Shown: positions 9,569 to 20,186 of the stretch, in pieces | How positions within the stretch are numbered: position 1 is the stretch's first letter | Layout of the letters: each line of letters begins with the position of its first letter | Source of the DNA: an uncultured Dehalococcoidia bacterium | Lineage (GTDB): Bacteria; Chloroflexota; Dehalococcoidia; DSTF01; JACRBR01 | Length of the DNA stretch: 64,000 nucleotides | Reading direction: 5' to 3' | Assembly: GCA_964371095.1 (NCBI GenBank) | Contig: CAYJMJ010000008.1 | Location: 8,278-72,277 of the forward strand | Made by a program: the position numbers and the translations under genes | Notes under the pieces: generated by a model | The model's database searches: none | What the model was told of the DNA's origin: nothing | The model's input: the letters and a program-made list of their open reading frames with translations, nothing else

Positions 9569-10258
9569 TCACACGACCCACGCCGCGACGACGGCGAAGT
9601 GGATTGCGCTGCCGGCAATAACGAACGCGTGGAACACCTCGTGGTAGCCGAACACGCGCGGCCAGGGGTCCGGGCGGCGCCGCGCGTACACGACTCCGCC
9701 AATCGAGTACATCGCCCCGCCAACGATCATCAACAGGATCGCGGGCGGCGCGAGCGACGAGACCACCTGCACGACCGGAATGATGCCGATCCACCCCAGC
9801 GCCATGTAAAGGGCCACGCCCAACGTGCGGGGCGCGTCCGGCCAGACGACCTTGAGCAGCGCGCCGACGCCGGCAAGCGACCAGGTCACGGACAACATCG
9901 AGATACCCCAGGCGTTGCTCAACACAACGAGGCAGAACGGCGTGTACGTGCCGGCAATCAACACGAAGATCATCGCGTGGTCGACGCGTTTCCAGACCCG
10001 CCGCAACCCATGCGGCCATGGCGCGAGGTGGTAGTTGGCGCTCGAGGCGTAGAGGAGGATCAGGCTCGTCGCGAAGATCGCCGCGCCGACGTAGCGTTTC
10101 GGCGAATCGGCGAGCAGCAGCAACACCACCAACGCGAACGGCGCCGCAATCGCGACGATCAGGTGCGAAACGCCGCGCAGAATCGGCCGTGGCTCCGCTG
10201 TGACGGAGTTCGGCGTGCCCTGCCCGGATCGAGCGAGTTCTTGGCCCATAACGCTCAC
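9569..10258 (-). CDS. Hemolysin III / PAQR family membrane protein
   Basis: 'SANYH', 'RVDHAMIFVLIAGTYTPF', 'YMALGW', 'FGYHEVFHAFV'; about 7 hydrophobic segments. Confidence 0.92.
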   Translation of the reverse strand: MSVMGQELARSGQGTPNSVTAEPRPILRGVSHLIVAIAAPFALVVLLLLADSPKRYVGAAIFATSLILLYASSANYHLAPWPHGLRRVWKRVDHAMIFVLIAGTYTPFCLVVLSNAWGISMLSVTWSLAGVGALLKVVWPDAPRTLGVALYMALGWIGIIPVVQVVSSLAPPAILLMIVGGAMYSIGGVVYARRRPDPWPRVFGYHEVFHAFVIAGSAIHFAVVAAWVV

Positions 10259-10593
10259 TCGGGTTCGGGGCCAGCAGCACCGCCGGACGGCGGGCGCATG
10301 AACGACTGTAGGAACGTGTCCGGCCGCAGGCTCAGGAGTGCCTCCGACCAGAGGAGATAGCGCCGGAACGTGTCCGTGCCCATCCGCATCAACTCGACCT
10401 GGAAACGCATGGATTCGGCGCGCGCGCCGAGGAACTCACCCAGCGCCAGCATCGCTTTGCTCTCCGACTCCCACACCTTCTGGTAGTTCTCGACGAACGT
10501 GATCATGTCATCGCCCGCCTCGATCAGGTCGCTTATCCGAGGCAGGTGCGGCCTGCGTGCCCGCGACCCGCCGCGCTCGCGTACTTCCGCCAT
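10255..10593 (-). CDS. Hypothetical helical protein, 112 aa
   Basis: SD GGAGG before ATG 10593; stop overlaps the hemolysin III start (GTGA); no recognisable motif. Confidence 0.55.
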   Translation of the reverse strand: MAEVRERGGSRARRPHLPRISDLIEAGDDMITFVENYQKVWESESKAMLALGEFLGARAESMRFQVELMRMGTDTFRRYLLWSEALLSLRPDTFLQSFMRPPSGGAAGPEPE

Positions 10594-10677
10594 GGTTTCG
10601 TCCGCCTCCGTCGTGACGCATGCCGCGCGGGCCTGCCGCGCCCCCGCGTGGATCAGGCTCACGGTAATCGTATGCGA

Positions 10678-11610
10678 TCAGCGGGGATCGCCGCCCGCCC
10701 CGCCGGGAACTGCTTCGGTGCGCACAGTGGCGACGAACGGCAGGTTCCGGAATCGTTGCCGGTAATCCAGCCCGTAGCCTACGACGAACTCGTCCGGTAC
10801 CTCGAAGCCCACGTACTCGAGCGGCAGGTCGACGAGCCGCCGCACTCGCTTGTCGAGCAGCGCGCACACCGCGAGGCTCGCGGGCTCGCGTGCCCGCAGT
10901 TGCTTCAGCAGGTGGTTGAGCGTCATGCCGGTGTCGACGATGTCCTCGACGATCAGGACGTCGCGCCCGGCGATGTTCTCGGTCAGGTCCTGCACGACGC
11001 GCACCGCCCCGCTGCCATCGCCCTCGTACGACGAGATCGTCATGAAATCGATGCTCACCGGGAGCGCGATGTGGCGCATCAGGTCCGCCATGAAGCAGGT
11101 GACGCCCTTCAGCACGCCGACGAGCAGCAGCTCGCGTCCGGCGTACGCCCGCGCGATCTCGCTGCCCAGCTCACTCAAACGCCGCTCGATCTCCGACGCG
11201 CTGTACAGCACTTCGTGTACGCTCATCTGCTCCTGCTCGTTGACGACGCCGATGCCGTATTTCGTCAGCAGGCTCAGGTAGTCGCGCTTGTACAGCAGCT
11301 TCACGTCGACGTCGGGATAGATCTCCCGCATCCGCCGAAGCTTCCGGTGCTTGTCCGTCACAAGACCCTGCTTCAGAGTGGTCAGCTCGATGTAGAGGTC
11401 CAGATCGACGAGGTAGAAGTCGGGCGAAAACGCCTCGAGAATGCGGCCGTCGTCACCGCGCTGGAGCGGAAACGTGCGCGGCTCGTACTGCCATCGTACG
11501 CCGTAGAAGTCGAGGAGTCGGGCGAACTCCTCCTCGCTCTCGTGAGCAAAGCGCGCCTCCTCGATGGTGGATGGAGCCGGTGAGCGTGCTTCAAAGGGGC
11601 GGGGGCTCAT
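10678..11610 (-). CDS. hpt: Hypoxanthine phosphoribosyltransferase fused to an N-terminal PD-(D/E)XK-like domain
   Basis: C-terminal 'VGVLKG', 'LIVEDIVDTGMTL', 'FVVGYGLDY'; N-terminal 'FAHESEEEFARLLDFYGVRWQYEP...PDFYL...IELTT'. Confidence 0.88.
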   Translation of the reverse strand: MSPRPFEARSPAPSTIEEARFAHESEEEFARLLDFYGVRWQYEPRTFPLQRGDDGRILEAFSPDFYLVDLDLYIELTTLKQGLVTDKHRKLRRMREIYPDVDVKLLYKRDYLSLLTKYGIGVVNEQEQMSVHEVLYSASEIERRLSELGSEIARAYAGRELLLVGVLKGVTCFMADLMRHIALPVSIDFMTISSYEGDGSGAVRVVQDLTENIAGRDVLIVEDIVDTGMTLNHLLKQLRAREPASLAVCALLDKRVRRLVDLPLEYVGFEVPDEFVVGYGLDYRQRFRNLPFVATVRTEAVPGGAGGDPR

Positions 11611-11617
11611 GCGATGC

Positions 11618-12286
11618 TCAGGTGATCCCCTGCACGATGTTCTGTATGGAGCCTTCAACCTGCTCCATCAGCTCGCGCGGCGGGGTGTCAGGCTTCGGCG
11701 CGACGGTCGGAGACATCAGGTAGTCCTCGAAAGCGCCGAGGACGGTCAGCACGAGCTGCTTCGCGAGGACGTCGATTGCCGCGGTGCGCAGCAGGCCCTG
11801 TGCGGCGTAATACCTCAGGATGCGCGCCTCGGCCCGCTCCCAGCGCTCGACGAGGATGCGATACTCCTCGCTCGCGACCGGGTCCTCGGCCAGCGCCTCG
11901 ACCATCAGCACCTTGAGGAGGTCGCGGTTCTGGTAGATGAAGTTGAGCGCGCTCGAGGCGATGGCCGGGATGACCTCTTCGGGCCCAAGCGTGATCTCGG
12001 CGCGTTCAAGCCCTGCCAGGACGGCGGTGAATCCGCGCTCTTCGATTAACGCTTCGAATAGGTCACGCTTCGATGCGAAGTGGTAGTAGATCGCGGCATC
12101 GGTGATGCCGGCCGCCTGGGCGATGTCGCGCACGCTCGTGCGCACAAAGCCCTTCTCCGAGAACAGCCGGAGGGACGCGTCGAGGATCTGCTTGCGCGTG
12201 TGGGGGCCGCGGCGCAGCTTGCGCGGCCGAGCCGCCGGCGACCCGGTCGCCGCACGGAGAGCTTCCGGGGCCGTCGCGATATCCAT
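11618..12286 (-). CDS. TetR/AcrR family transcriptional regulator
   Basis: 'TRKQILDASLRLFSEKGFVRTSVRDIAQAAGITDAAIYYHFASKRDLF' HTH. Confidence 0.95.
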   Translation of the reverse strand: MDIATAPEALRAATGSPAARPRKLRRGPHTRKQILDASLRLFSEKGFVRTSVRDIAQAAGITDAAIYYHFASKRDLFEALIEERGFTAVLAGLERAEITLGPEEVIPAIASSALNFIYQNRDLLKVLMVEALAEDPVASEEYRILVERWERAEARILRYYAAQGLLRTAAIDVLAKQLVLTVLGAFEDYLMSPTVAPKPDTPPRELMEQVEGSIQNIVQGIT

Positions 12287-12312
12287 GCTCCCCTCGCCGT
12301 CTGGGTGACCTC

Positions 12313-12341
12313 AGCGTATGGCAGTCCCGGCACGCTGTCAA
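12313..12341 (-). promoter_or_regulatory. Sigma70-type promoter for tetR-hpt
   Basis: TTGACA-17 bp-TACGCT on the minus strand. Confidence 0.7.
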
Positions 12342-12373
12342 TCTATATGGTTAAGGAATCTGCGCCGTTTCCG

Positions 12374-12402
12374 TTGTCCGAACGCATCGGCAGGCGTACG
12401 AT
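12374..12402 (+). promoter_or_regulatory. Sigma70-type promoter for the MaoC gene
   Basis: TTGTCC-17 bp-TACGAT. Confidence 0.55.
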
Positions 12403-12447
12403 ACGCGGGTCGGGGCAAGGCGGCGTGGCCCCGAGAAGGAGGGACCC

Positions 12448-12864
12448 GTGCCAGAGCTTCCCGTCAAGATCGGCGACAAGGCGACGTTCACGAAGACCGT
12501 GACCAACGAAGACATCCAGGACTTCGCGCGCGTCAGCGGCGACAACCAGCCCCTTCATCTCGACGACGCGTTTGCGGCGAAGACCCGCTTCAAGAAGCGC
12601 ATCGCCCACGGCATGCTCTCGGCGGGGTTCATCTCCGCCGTCCTCGGCACGAAGCTCGCGCCGAACGCCGTCGTCGTCTACCTGGGACAGCAGATGCGCT
12701 TTCGTCTGCCGGTGGGCATCGGCGACACGATCACGGCCGAAGCCGAGGTGACCGGCATCGACGAGAACCGGCGCATCGTCACCGTGCGCACCGACTGTCT
12801 GAACCAGAACGGCGACGCCGTCCTGACCGGCGAGGCCACCGTGCTCCTCGACCCGTTGCCGTAG
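12448..12864 (+). CDS. MaoC family (R)-specific enoyl-CoA hydratase, PhaJ-like
   Basis: 'FARVSGDNQPLHLDDAFA', 'IAHGML', 'YLGQQMRFRLPV'; SD AAGGAGG. Confidence 0.9.
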   Translation: MPELPVKIGDKATFTKTVTNEDIQDFARVSGDNQPLHLDDAFAAKTRFKKRIAHGMLSAGFISAVLGTKLAPNAVVVYLGQQMRFRLPVGIGDTITAEAEVTGIDENRRIVTVRTDCLNQNGDAVLTGEATVLLDPLP

Positions 12865-12912
12865 GCAGACACCGCCCCAGCAGCCTGCGCCGAGCCACCG
12901 CGGGCCACGACG

Positions 12913-14313
12913 TCAGCGCGGGTCGATGGGCGTGACCACGCCGAGCCGGTCTTCGATCGCCTCCGCCGCCGCCAGGCACAGGTCCTCGCGATAGCGATCA
13001 CCGATGATCTGCACGCCCTGCGCCAACCCGTTCGCGACGCCCACCGGGACGACGGCCGCCGGCAGGCCGAGCAAGTTCACCAGCCCCGTCAGCCGGAACG
13101 CCGTCATTACCGCGGAGAACTGGTCGGGGCCGGCCACGTCGAACCCGACGGGGAACGGCTGCATCGTGACCACGGGCCCGAGCACCAGCGGATACTGCGC
13201 GTGGAAGATCCGCCACGCGCGCGCTACGGCGCTGCGGCTCGCGAACGCCGAAACGTATCCCGCGTAGTCCAACTGCGGCACGACCTCGAACGAAAGCTCG
13301 AGAAACCGCAGCGCATCCGCCGAGGCGACGCCCTTCAGCAGCGGATACAGCGTCAGACGCAACTCGGCCGTTATCAACCGCGCGAACAGGTCGCGACCCT
13401 GGCTCACCATCGGTGGTTCCACCTCTTCGACGGTGTAGCCCGCGTCGCGCAGCGCCGCGGCCGCCGACCGAATCCCGGCAGCGATGTCAGGATCGACGCC
13501 TTCGCCGGCCGGGTCGACCGTCACGGCCACGCGTCGCGGCACCTCGGGTCCCGTGAGCGGTGCCGGCGTCCACCATGGATCGCGAGCGTCGCCGCCGGAC
13601 ATGCACGACAGTGCGAGACGGAGGTCGCGCACGTGCCGCGCCATCGGTCCGTTCACGCTGAACAACTGCGATGTGATCGCCGCGTCCTCCGGCGGCAGCG
13701 CCGAAGCCCGCGGCACGCGCCCCAGCGTCGTCCGCAGCGACGCGACCCCGCAGCACTGCGCGGGCCATCGCAGCGAGCCCCCGTAGTCGTTGCCCATGCC
13801 GAGCGGCGACATTCCCGTCGCCAGTGCGGCCGCCTCGCCGCCGCTCGATCCGCCCGCCGTGCGGCCGGCGTCCCACGGATTCTTCGTCGGACCCCGGAGC
13901 GCGTTATCGGTGTGATAGCGCAGCCCGACGTCAGGCATGTTCGTTCGCCCGATGGGGATCGCGCCCGCCGCCTTCATCTGCTTGATGTGGGGCGCGTCGA
14001 TGGCCGGCAGGGCGTCTTTCATCGCCACGAGGCCCTGCGTGGTGGCGGAGCCCACGAGGTCGATGTTCTCCTTGATGGTCATCGGCACGCCGTGGAGCGG
14101 ACCGAGATCCTGTCCGGCGGCCACGGCGCGGTCGGCTGCGTCGGCGGCGGCGCGAGCCGAATCGGCCAGTACGACGGTGACGGCGTTCACCGACGGGTTT
14201 ACGGCTTCGATGCGGGCCAGGTGCGCATCGACCGCCTCGCGGCTCGATGCCTTCTTCGTACGAATCGCCTGTGCCAGCTCCGATGCGCCCATGCGCCACA
14301 GCTCAGCGCTCAT
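12913..14313 (-). CDS. Amidase (amidase signature family)
   Basis: 'PMTIKENID', 'GGSSGGEAAA', 'GNDYGGSLRWPAQCCG'. Confidence 0.93.
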   Translation of the reverse strand: MSAELWRMGASELAQAIRTKKASSREAVDAHLARIEAVNPSVNAVTVVLADSARAAADAADRAVAAGQDLGPLHGVPMTIKENIDLVGSATTQGLVAMKDALPAIDAPHIKQMKAAGAIPIGRTNMPDVGLRYHTDNALRGPTKNPWDAGRTAGGSSGGEAAALATGMSPLGMGNDYGGSLRWPAQCCGVASLRTTLGRVPRASALPPEDAAITSQLFSVNGPMARHVRDLRLALSCMSGGDARDPWWTPAPLTGPEVPRRVAVTVDPAGEGVDPDIAAGIRSAAAALRDAGYTVEEVEPPMVSQGRDLFARLITAELRLTLYPLLKGVASADALRFLELSFEVVPQLDYAGYVSAFASRSAVARAWRIFHAQYPLVLGPVVTMQPFPVGFDVAGPDQFSAVMTAFRLTGLVNLLGLPAAVVPVGVANGLAQGVQIIGDRYREDLCLAAAEAIEDRLGVVTPIDPR

Positions 14314-14490
14314 GTGATCACCCCCTTCTGTGCTGCGGCGATGCTACGACACCGCGTCGCGGCGCGACAGGTGCCAGACGGCCCGCGCCAATCGTCGAAG
14401 CCCGGCCTGATGCGGCCGGACAGCCGCTGCGATACCATCAACACACATTCGTGCGTTCCGTCCGGGCGCGCGGACGCGCAGGAGCCTGGC

Positions 14491-16173
<1,683 letters not shown>

Positions 16174-16213
16174 CCGACGCCGGGCGCCGGCGACCCCTAA
16201 GACCAAGCCCTAA

Positions 16214-16257
16214 GGGAACACCTGCGGCGCTGGTACCCAGCGCCTGCCGGTTTTCCC
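16214..16257 (+). terminator. Hairpin downstream of the mutase gene; probable terminator
   Basis: GGCGCTGG-TAC-CCAGCGCC (16226-16244), flanked by GGGAAC...GGTTTTCCC. Confidence 0.5.
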
Positions 16258-16325
16258 CCGATCTCCTGCTGCCGGTCCCCTTCGCGCCTTCATCGCCAGG
16301 CGCAGGGTGACGATACTCCGGAGTG

Positions 16326-16757
16326 ATGAAGTCAGCCGTCTTCCTCGCTCTCCTGGCGTTGCCCTTCGCGGCCTGTTTCAGCGCCGAAGCCCGGTCCGTT
16401 CCCGCGCCCGAAGAGATCGATCCGGTCGAGGCGTCGCCGGCGGCCGTGCACGTCAGCGCGACGGACTACCAGTTCAACCTGACGGCTGCGAGCGCGCACG
16501 CCGGCACCATCGACTTCGTGGTCCACAACGACTCGCTGAACGAGCACGAGTTCATGATCGTGCCGATCGAGGGCGGTCGGTACGGCACTCCCATAGGCGA
16601 GATCGAGCCGTTCGGGGGCGGTGAGACATTGGCGCTCCGCGCGCAGCTCCCGCCCGGCAATTATCGGTTCGTCTGCTTGATCATCTCCGTCATCGATGAC
16701 AAACCACGGTCCCACATGTCGCGCGGCATGAACGTCGCGTTTACGGTGACCTCGTGA
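16326..16757 (+). CDS. Cupredoxin (blue-copper) lipoprotein
   Basis: Signal peptide ending in lipobox-like 'FAAC'; ligands His (NEHEF) and C-x12-H-x4-M (CLIISVIDDKPRSHMSRGM). Confidence 0.75.
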   Translation: MKSAVFLALLALPFAACFSAEARSVPAPEEIDPVEASPAAVHVSATDYQFNLTAASAHAGTIDFVVHNDSLNEHEFMIVPIEGGRYGTPIGEIEPFGGGETLALRAQLPPGNYRFVCLIISVIDDKPRSHMSRGMNVAFTVTS

Positions 16758-18475
16758 GACGCCTCTCAACCGTCTTGCGGCACGCGCTGAATCCTCTCGT
16801 CGTCCAGATCGCGACGGTGGCGGTCGCCGGCGTCTCCGTCGCAGGGATCGCGCTCTTCGCCTCCAGCATCGTGGAGAGCAACTCGCGCCTGGCTAACGGC
16901 GACTCGAACGCGGCGCTTCTGGTGGCAGAGATACGGGCGGATGTCGACAGGGTCTCGCTGCTCCGCCTCGACGATGCCCTGACGGACAGTCCCGCATCGG
17001 CCGGAGCGCCGACGCGAATCTCCCTGCAGGATGCGATCGCCGCCCATGACGCGCTCGCCGAAGGCACGTCGGAGGCGGAGCAGCTCCACGCGCTCGTCGG
17101 CTCCGACGTCTCACTTCAGATTCTCGGCGCCGTCGGCGAGGCAACGGACGCATTGCACCGGTACCTGGACGTACAGACGTCGGACGCGCTCGCGACCCTC
17201 GAAATGCGGCTCGATGCGCTCCGCATCCTCACCGCGCACGAGATGCCGCTGCTCACCGCCGACGCCCGGAGCCACCAGGCGACGCTGCGGCGGGCCACCA
17301 ACCTCGCCCGCATCGCAAGCATCATCGCCGCGGCGACGGCCACCGCCCTGATCGCCGGCACGACGCTCGTCATCGGGCGCCGGCTGCGTCACGCGCTCGC
17401 CGCCGCCGAGGACGAGAAGGCGAGGCTGCTCGCAACCACGGCTGCCATGCAGCGCCGCAACGATCAGTTCGCCGCGCTGTATCAGGTGGGCTCGGAGGTC
17501 GGCGAGTCCCTGAACATGCGCTACGTGGTGGACACGACCGTGCGCGAAGCGCGAAAGCTCGTCGGCGCCGACCTCGTGGCGGTGCGGCGCGTCGTAAACG
17601 GCGCACTGCTCCTCGCTGGAACGTCGCAGGAGGCTGGCTCCGACATCACCGGCCTGCGCACGGTCGCCCTCGGCGCCGGCATCGTCGGGCGCGTCGCCAA
17701 GCGCGGCAAGCCGATACGCATCGACAACGGCGCCGAGGTCCGCATGTCGGAGGCCGAGCGCGTCCGCGGGATGGAGTCGGGGATCGTCGTACCTTTGATC
17801 GTGGGCGCTCGGGTCGTCGGCACGCTCGGCTGCTGGTCGCGTCTGCCGGGTCGGTTCGACGCCGATGACGAACGCATTCTCGAGATGATGGCCTCGCAGG
17901 TGGCGACGGCCATCGCCTCGGCAGACACGCACGAGCGGAGCGAACGGGACGCGCACATGGACGCGCTGACCTCGTTGCCCAACCGGCGGCAACTCAGCGA
18001 GGATCTCGTCGGCGTGTGGCACGAAGCAGCTTCGGGCGGCCAGCCGCACGCGATTGCGATGGTCGATATCGACCACTTCAAGCGCTTCAACGACGACTAC
18101 GGCCACCGCGTCGGCGACATCACGCTGCAAAAGGTTGCCGAGGTGCTCAGATCGTCCATCCGGGACACCGATCAGCTGTATCGCTTCGGCGGGGAAGAGT
18201 TCCTGATTGTCTTCGCGAACGTCGGCGGCGAAGTGGCGCTGGGGCTGGCTGAGCGTGCGCGTGCATCCGTCGAGCGCACGCCCCTGACGGGCGAGACGTT
18301 GCAGCCGGTGGGCCCCGTCACGGTCTCGATCGGCATCGCATTGTTCCCTGATCATGGCCCGGACTTCGCGGCGCTGATCGATGTCGCGGACCGCGCCATG
18401 TACGCATCCAAGGAGACCGGCCGCAATCGCGTGACGCTCGCCGGCACGGACTCCGAGCACCTCGCAGCCGCCTGA
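16754..18475 (+). CDS. Membrane diguanylate cyclase (TM-sensor-TM-GAF-GGDEF)
   Basis: 'DALTSLPNRR', 'DIDHFKRFNDDYGH', I-site RDTD, 'RFGGEEF'; GAF region 'GIVGRVAKRG...VPLIVGARVVGTL'; GTG overlaps the cupredoxin TGA. Confidence 0.92.
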   Translation: MRRLSTVLRHALNPLVVQIATVAVAGVSVAGIALFASSIVESNSRLANGDSNAALLVAEIRADVDRVSLLRLDDALTDSPASAGAPTRISLQDAIAAHDALAEGTSEAEQLHALVGSDVSLQILGAVGEATDALHRYLDVQTSDALATLEMRLDALRILTAHEMPLLTADARSHQATLRRATNLARIASIIAAATATALIAGTTLVIGRRLRHALAAAEDEKARLLATTAAMQRRNDQFAALYQVGSEVGESLNMRYVVDTTVREARKLVGADLVAVRRVVNGALLLAGTSQEAGSDITGLRTVALGAGIVGRVAKRGKPIRIDNGAEVRMSEAERVRGMESGIVVPLIVGARVVGTLGCWSRLPGRFDADDERILEMMASQVATAIASADTHERSERDAHMDALTSLPNRRQLSEDLVGVWHEAASGGQPHAIAMVDIDHFKRFNDDYGHRVGDITLQKVAEVLRSSIRDTDQLYRFGGEEFLIVFANVGGEVALGLAERARASVERTPLTGETLQPVGPVTVSIGIALFPDHGPDFAALIDVADRAMYASKETGRNRVTLAGTDSEHLAAA

Positions 18476-18603
18476 CGCGCCCGCTCCATGAGGGGCTATC
18501 CAAAGCGCTTGACGCGAATCGGCGCTCCGAATCTACTCCCTGCCCGAACAATCCGATACAGTCTCCGCCGAACGGAGCGCCCGCAGAACGGCACGGAGGG
18601 GAC

Positions 18604-19353
18604 ATGTCGGAACAGCGACTCGCAGGCCAGGTGGCCGTCGTCACGGGGGCATCGCGCGGCATCGGCCGTGCCTGCGCCGAGGAACTCGCCCGTGAGGGTG
18701 CCGCGATCGTCGTCAACTACTTCACCAACCAGGAAGCCGCCGACGCCCTCGTTGGCGAGATCGTGTCCGCGGGCGGCCGCGCCATCGCCGTGCGCGCCGG
18801 CGTGGGCCACCCCGACGACTGCAAGGCGCTCATCGAGAAAACGATGGAGACGTACGGCCAGATCGACATCCTAATCAACAACGCCGGCGTGAACCGCGAC
18901 CGTACGCTAAAACGCCTCTCGGTCGACGAGTGGCAAGAGGTCATCAACACCGACCTCAACAGCGCGTTCTACTGCACCTCGGCCGCGATACCCCACATGG
19001 TCGAGCGGAACTACGGCCGGATCATCGTTATGTCGAGCATCATCGGCCAGATGGGCAACCCCGGGCAGTCGAACTACGCAGCGGCCAAGGCCGGCCTTAT
19101 CGCCTTTGCCAAGTCCGCCGCCAAGGAGCTTGCCCGAAACAACATCACCGTCAACGCCATGTGTCCCGGCTTCGTCGAGACCGACATGGTGACCGCGCTC
19201 AGCGACGACGTCAAAGAGGCGCTGATCAGGCAGATCCCGCTTGGCCGGTTCGGCCGGGCCGAAGAGGTCGCCGCCTTCGTCCGGTTCCTCTGCACCGAGG
19301 GAGACTGGATCACCGGCCAGCAGTTCAACCCCAACGGCGGCCAGTACATGTAG
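18604..19353 (+). CDS. Acetoacetyl-CoA reductase (PhaB-like) / 3-oxoacyl reductase SDR
   Basis: TGASRGIG, 'NNAGVNRDRTLKRL', 'SSIIGQMGNPGQSNYAAAK', C-terminal 'TGQQFNPNGGQYM' closer to PhaB than to FabG. Confidence 0.8.
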   Translation: MSEQRLAGQVAVVTGASRGIGRACAEELAREGAAIVVNYFTNQEAADALVGEIVSAGGRAIAVRAGVGHPDDCKALIEKTMETYGQIDILINNAGVNRDRTLKRLSVDEWQEVINTDLNSAFYCTSAAIPHMVERNYGRIIVMSSIIGQMGNPGQSNYAAAKAGLIAFAKSAAKELARNNITVNAMCPGFVETDMVTALSDDVKEALIRQIPLGRFGRAEEVAAFVRFLCTEGDWITGQQFNPNGGQYM

Positions 19354-19379
19354 CCGCGCCACGCCGACACGAGGCAACC

Positions 19380-20054
19380 GTGGACGACGACGAATCCCTG
19401 GAGACACCCGGCCAGGACGCGACGCCAGCCTGGGTGGCCGCGCTTCGCAGCGACGACGGGCTGTTCGTGGCCGACGAGCATCAGCGCATCGTCGCCTGGT
19501 CGCCTTCGGCCGAGGCGGCGCTCGGCTACCGCGCTGAAGAGGTCATCGGGCGGCCCTGCTTCGAGGTAGTGGCCGGCAAGGACATCCGCAGCCACCCCGT
19601 GTGCCGGCCGCACTGCACCGCCGTCACCAACGCGCTGCGCGGCCGCGGCACCGCGCCGTACGACCTCGCCTCCCTCATCAACAAGGAAGGCGAGCGGATC
19701 TGGGTGAACAACACCATCATCGTGGGCCGGGACGACCGAAACCGGCCGCTCATCGTTCACGCGTTCAGGCCGGTGAAGGAGCCGCCGCGGCACACGCCCG
19801 CGACGCGCTTGCCGCCGCGGCCGCGCGCTTCCCGCCGAGCGGACACGCAGCCTGGCGGCCTGAAGCCGCTCAGCCGGCGCGAACTCGAGGCGCTCCGCAT
19901 GCTCGCCGCGGGCCTGAGCACGGCCGAAATCGCCGCGGCAATGACGATAAGCCCCCTTACGGCGAGGAACCACATCAACACGGTGATGCGCAAGCTGGGC
20001 GCCCGCAACCGCGTCGAGTGCTTGCTGGTGGCCGCCGAACGCCGACTAGTCTGA
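19380..20054 (+). CDS. PAS domain + LuxR-type HTH regulator
   Basis: GTG 19380 with GAGG SD; PAS 'IVAWSPSAEAALGYRAEEVIGRPC'; HTH 'LSRRELEALRMLAAGLSTAEIAAAMTISPLTARNHINTVMRKLG'. Confidence 0.9.
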   Translation: MDDDESLETPGQDATPAWVAALRSDDGLFVADEHQRIVAWSPSAEAALGYRAEEVIGRPCFEVVAGKDIRSHPVCRPHCTAVTNALRGRGTAPYDLASLINKEGERIWVNNTIIVGRDDRNRPLIVHAFRPVKEPPRHTPATRLPPRPRASRRADTQPGGLKPLSRRELEALRMLAAGLSTAEIAAAMTISPLTARNHINTVMRKLGARNRVECLLVAAERRLV

Positions 20055-20186
20055 GAAACTTCAAATAATTCGTGCGTACGGGTTAGTGCGTCCGTACCAT
20101 GTATTGGCGCAGCTTTCGCCTGAGAATTCTTCGCAAACGCCCGCCCGGGCCGCGTGGCTAACCCATGGCCCGGAGAACCGAGGTGC

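Noticed and set aside
9569-10258. Hemolysin III and TlyA 'hemolysin' names as virulence factors
   Set aside because: Both are widespread housekeeping families (a PAQR membrane protein and an rRNA methyltransferase); nothing here supports toxin function.
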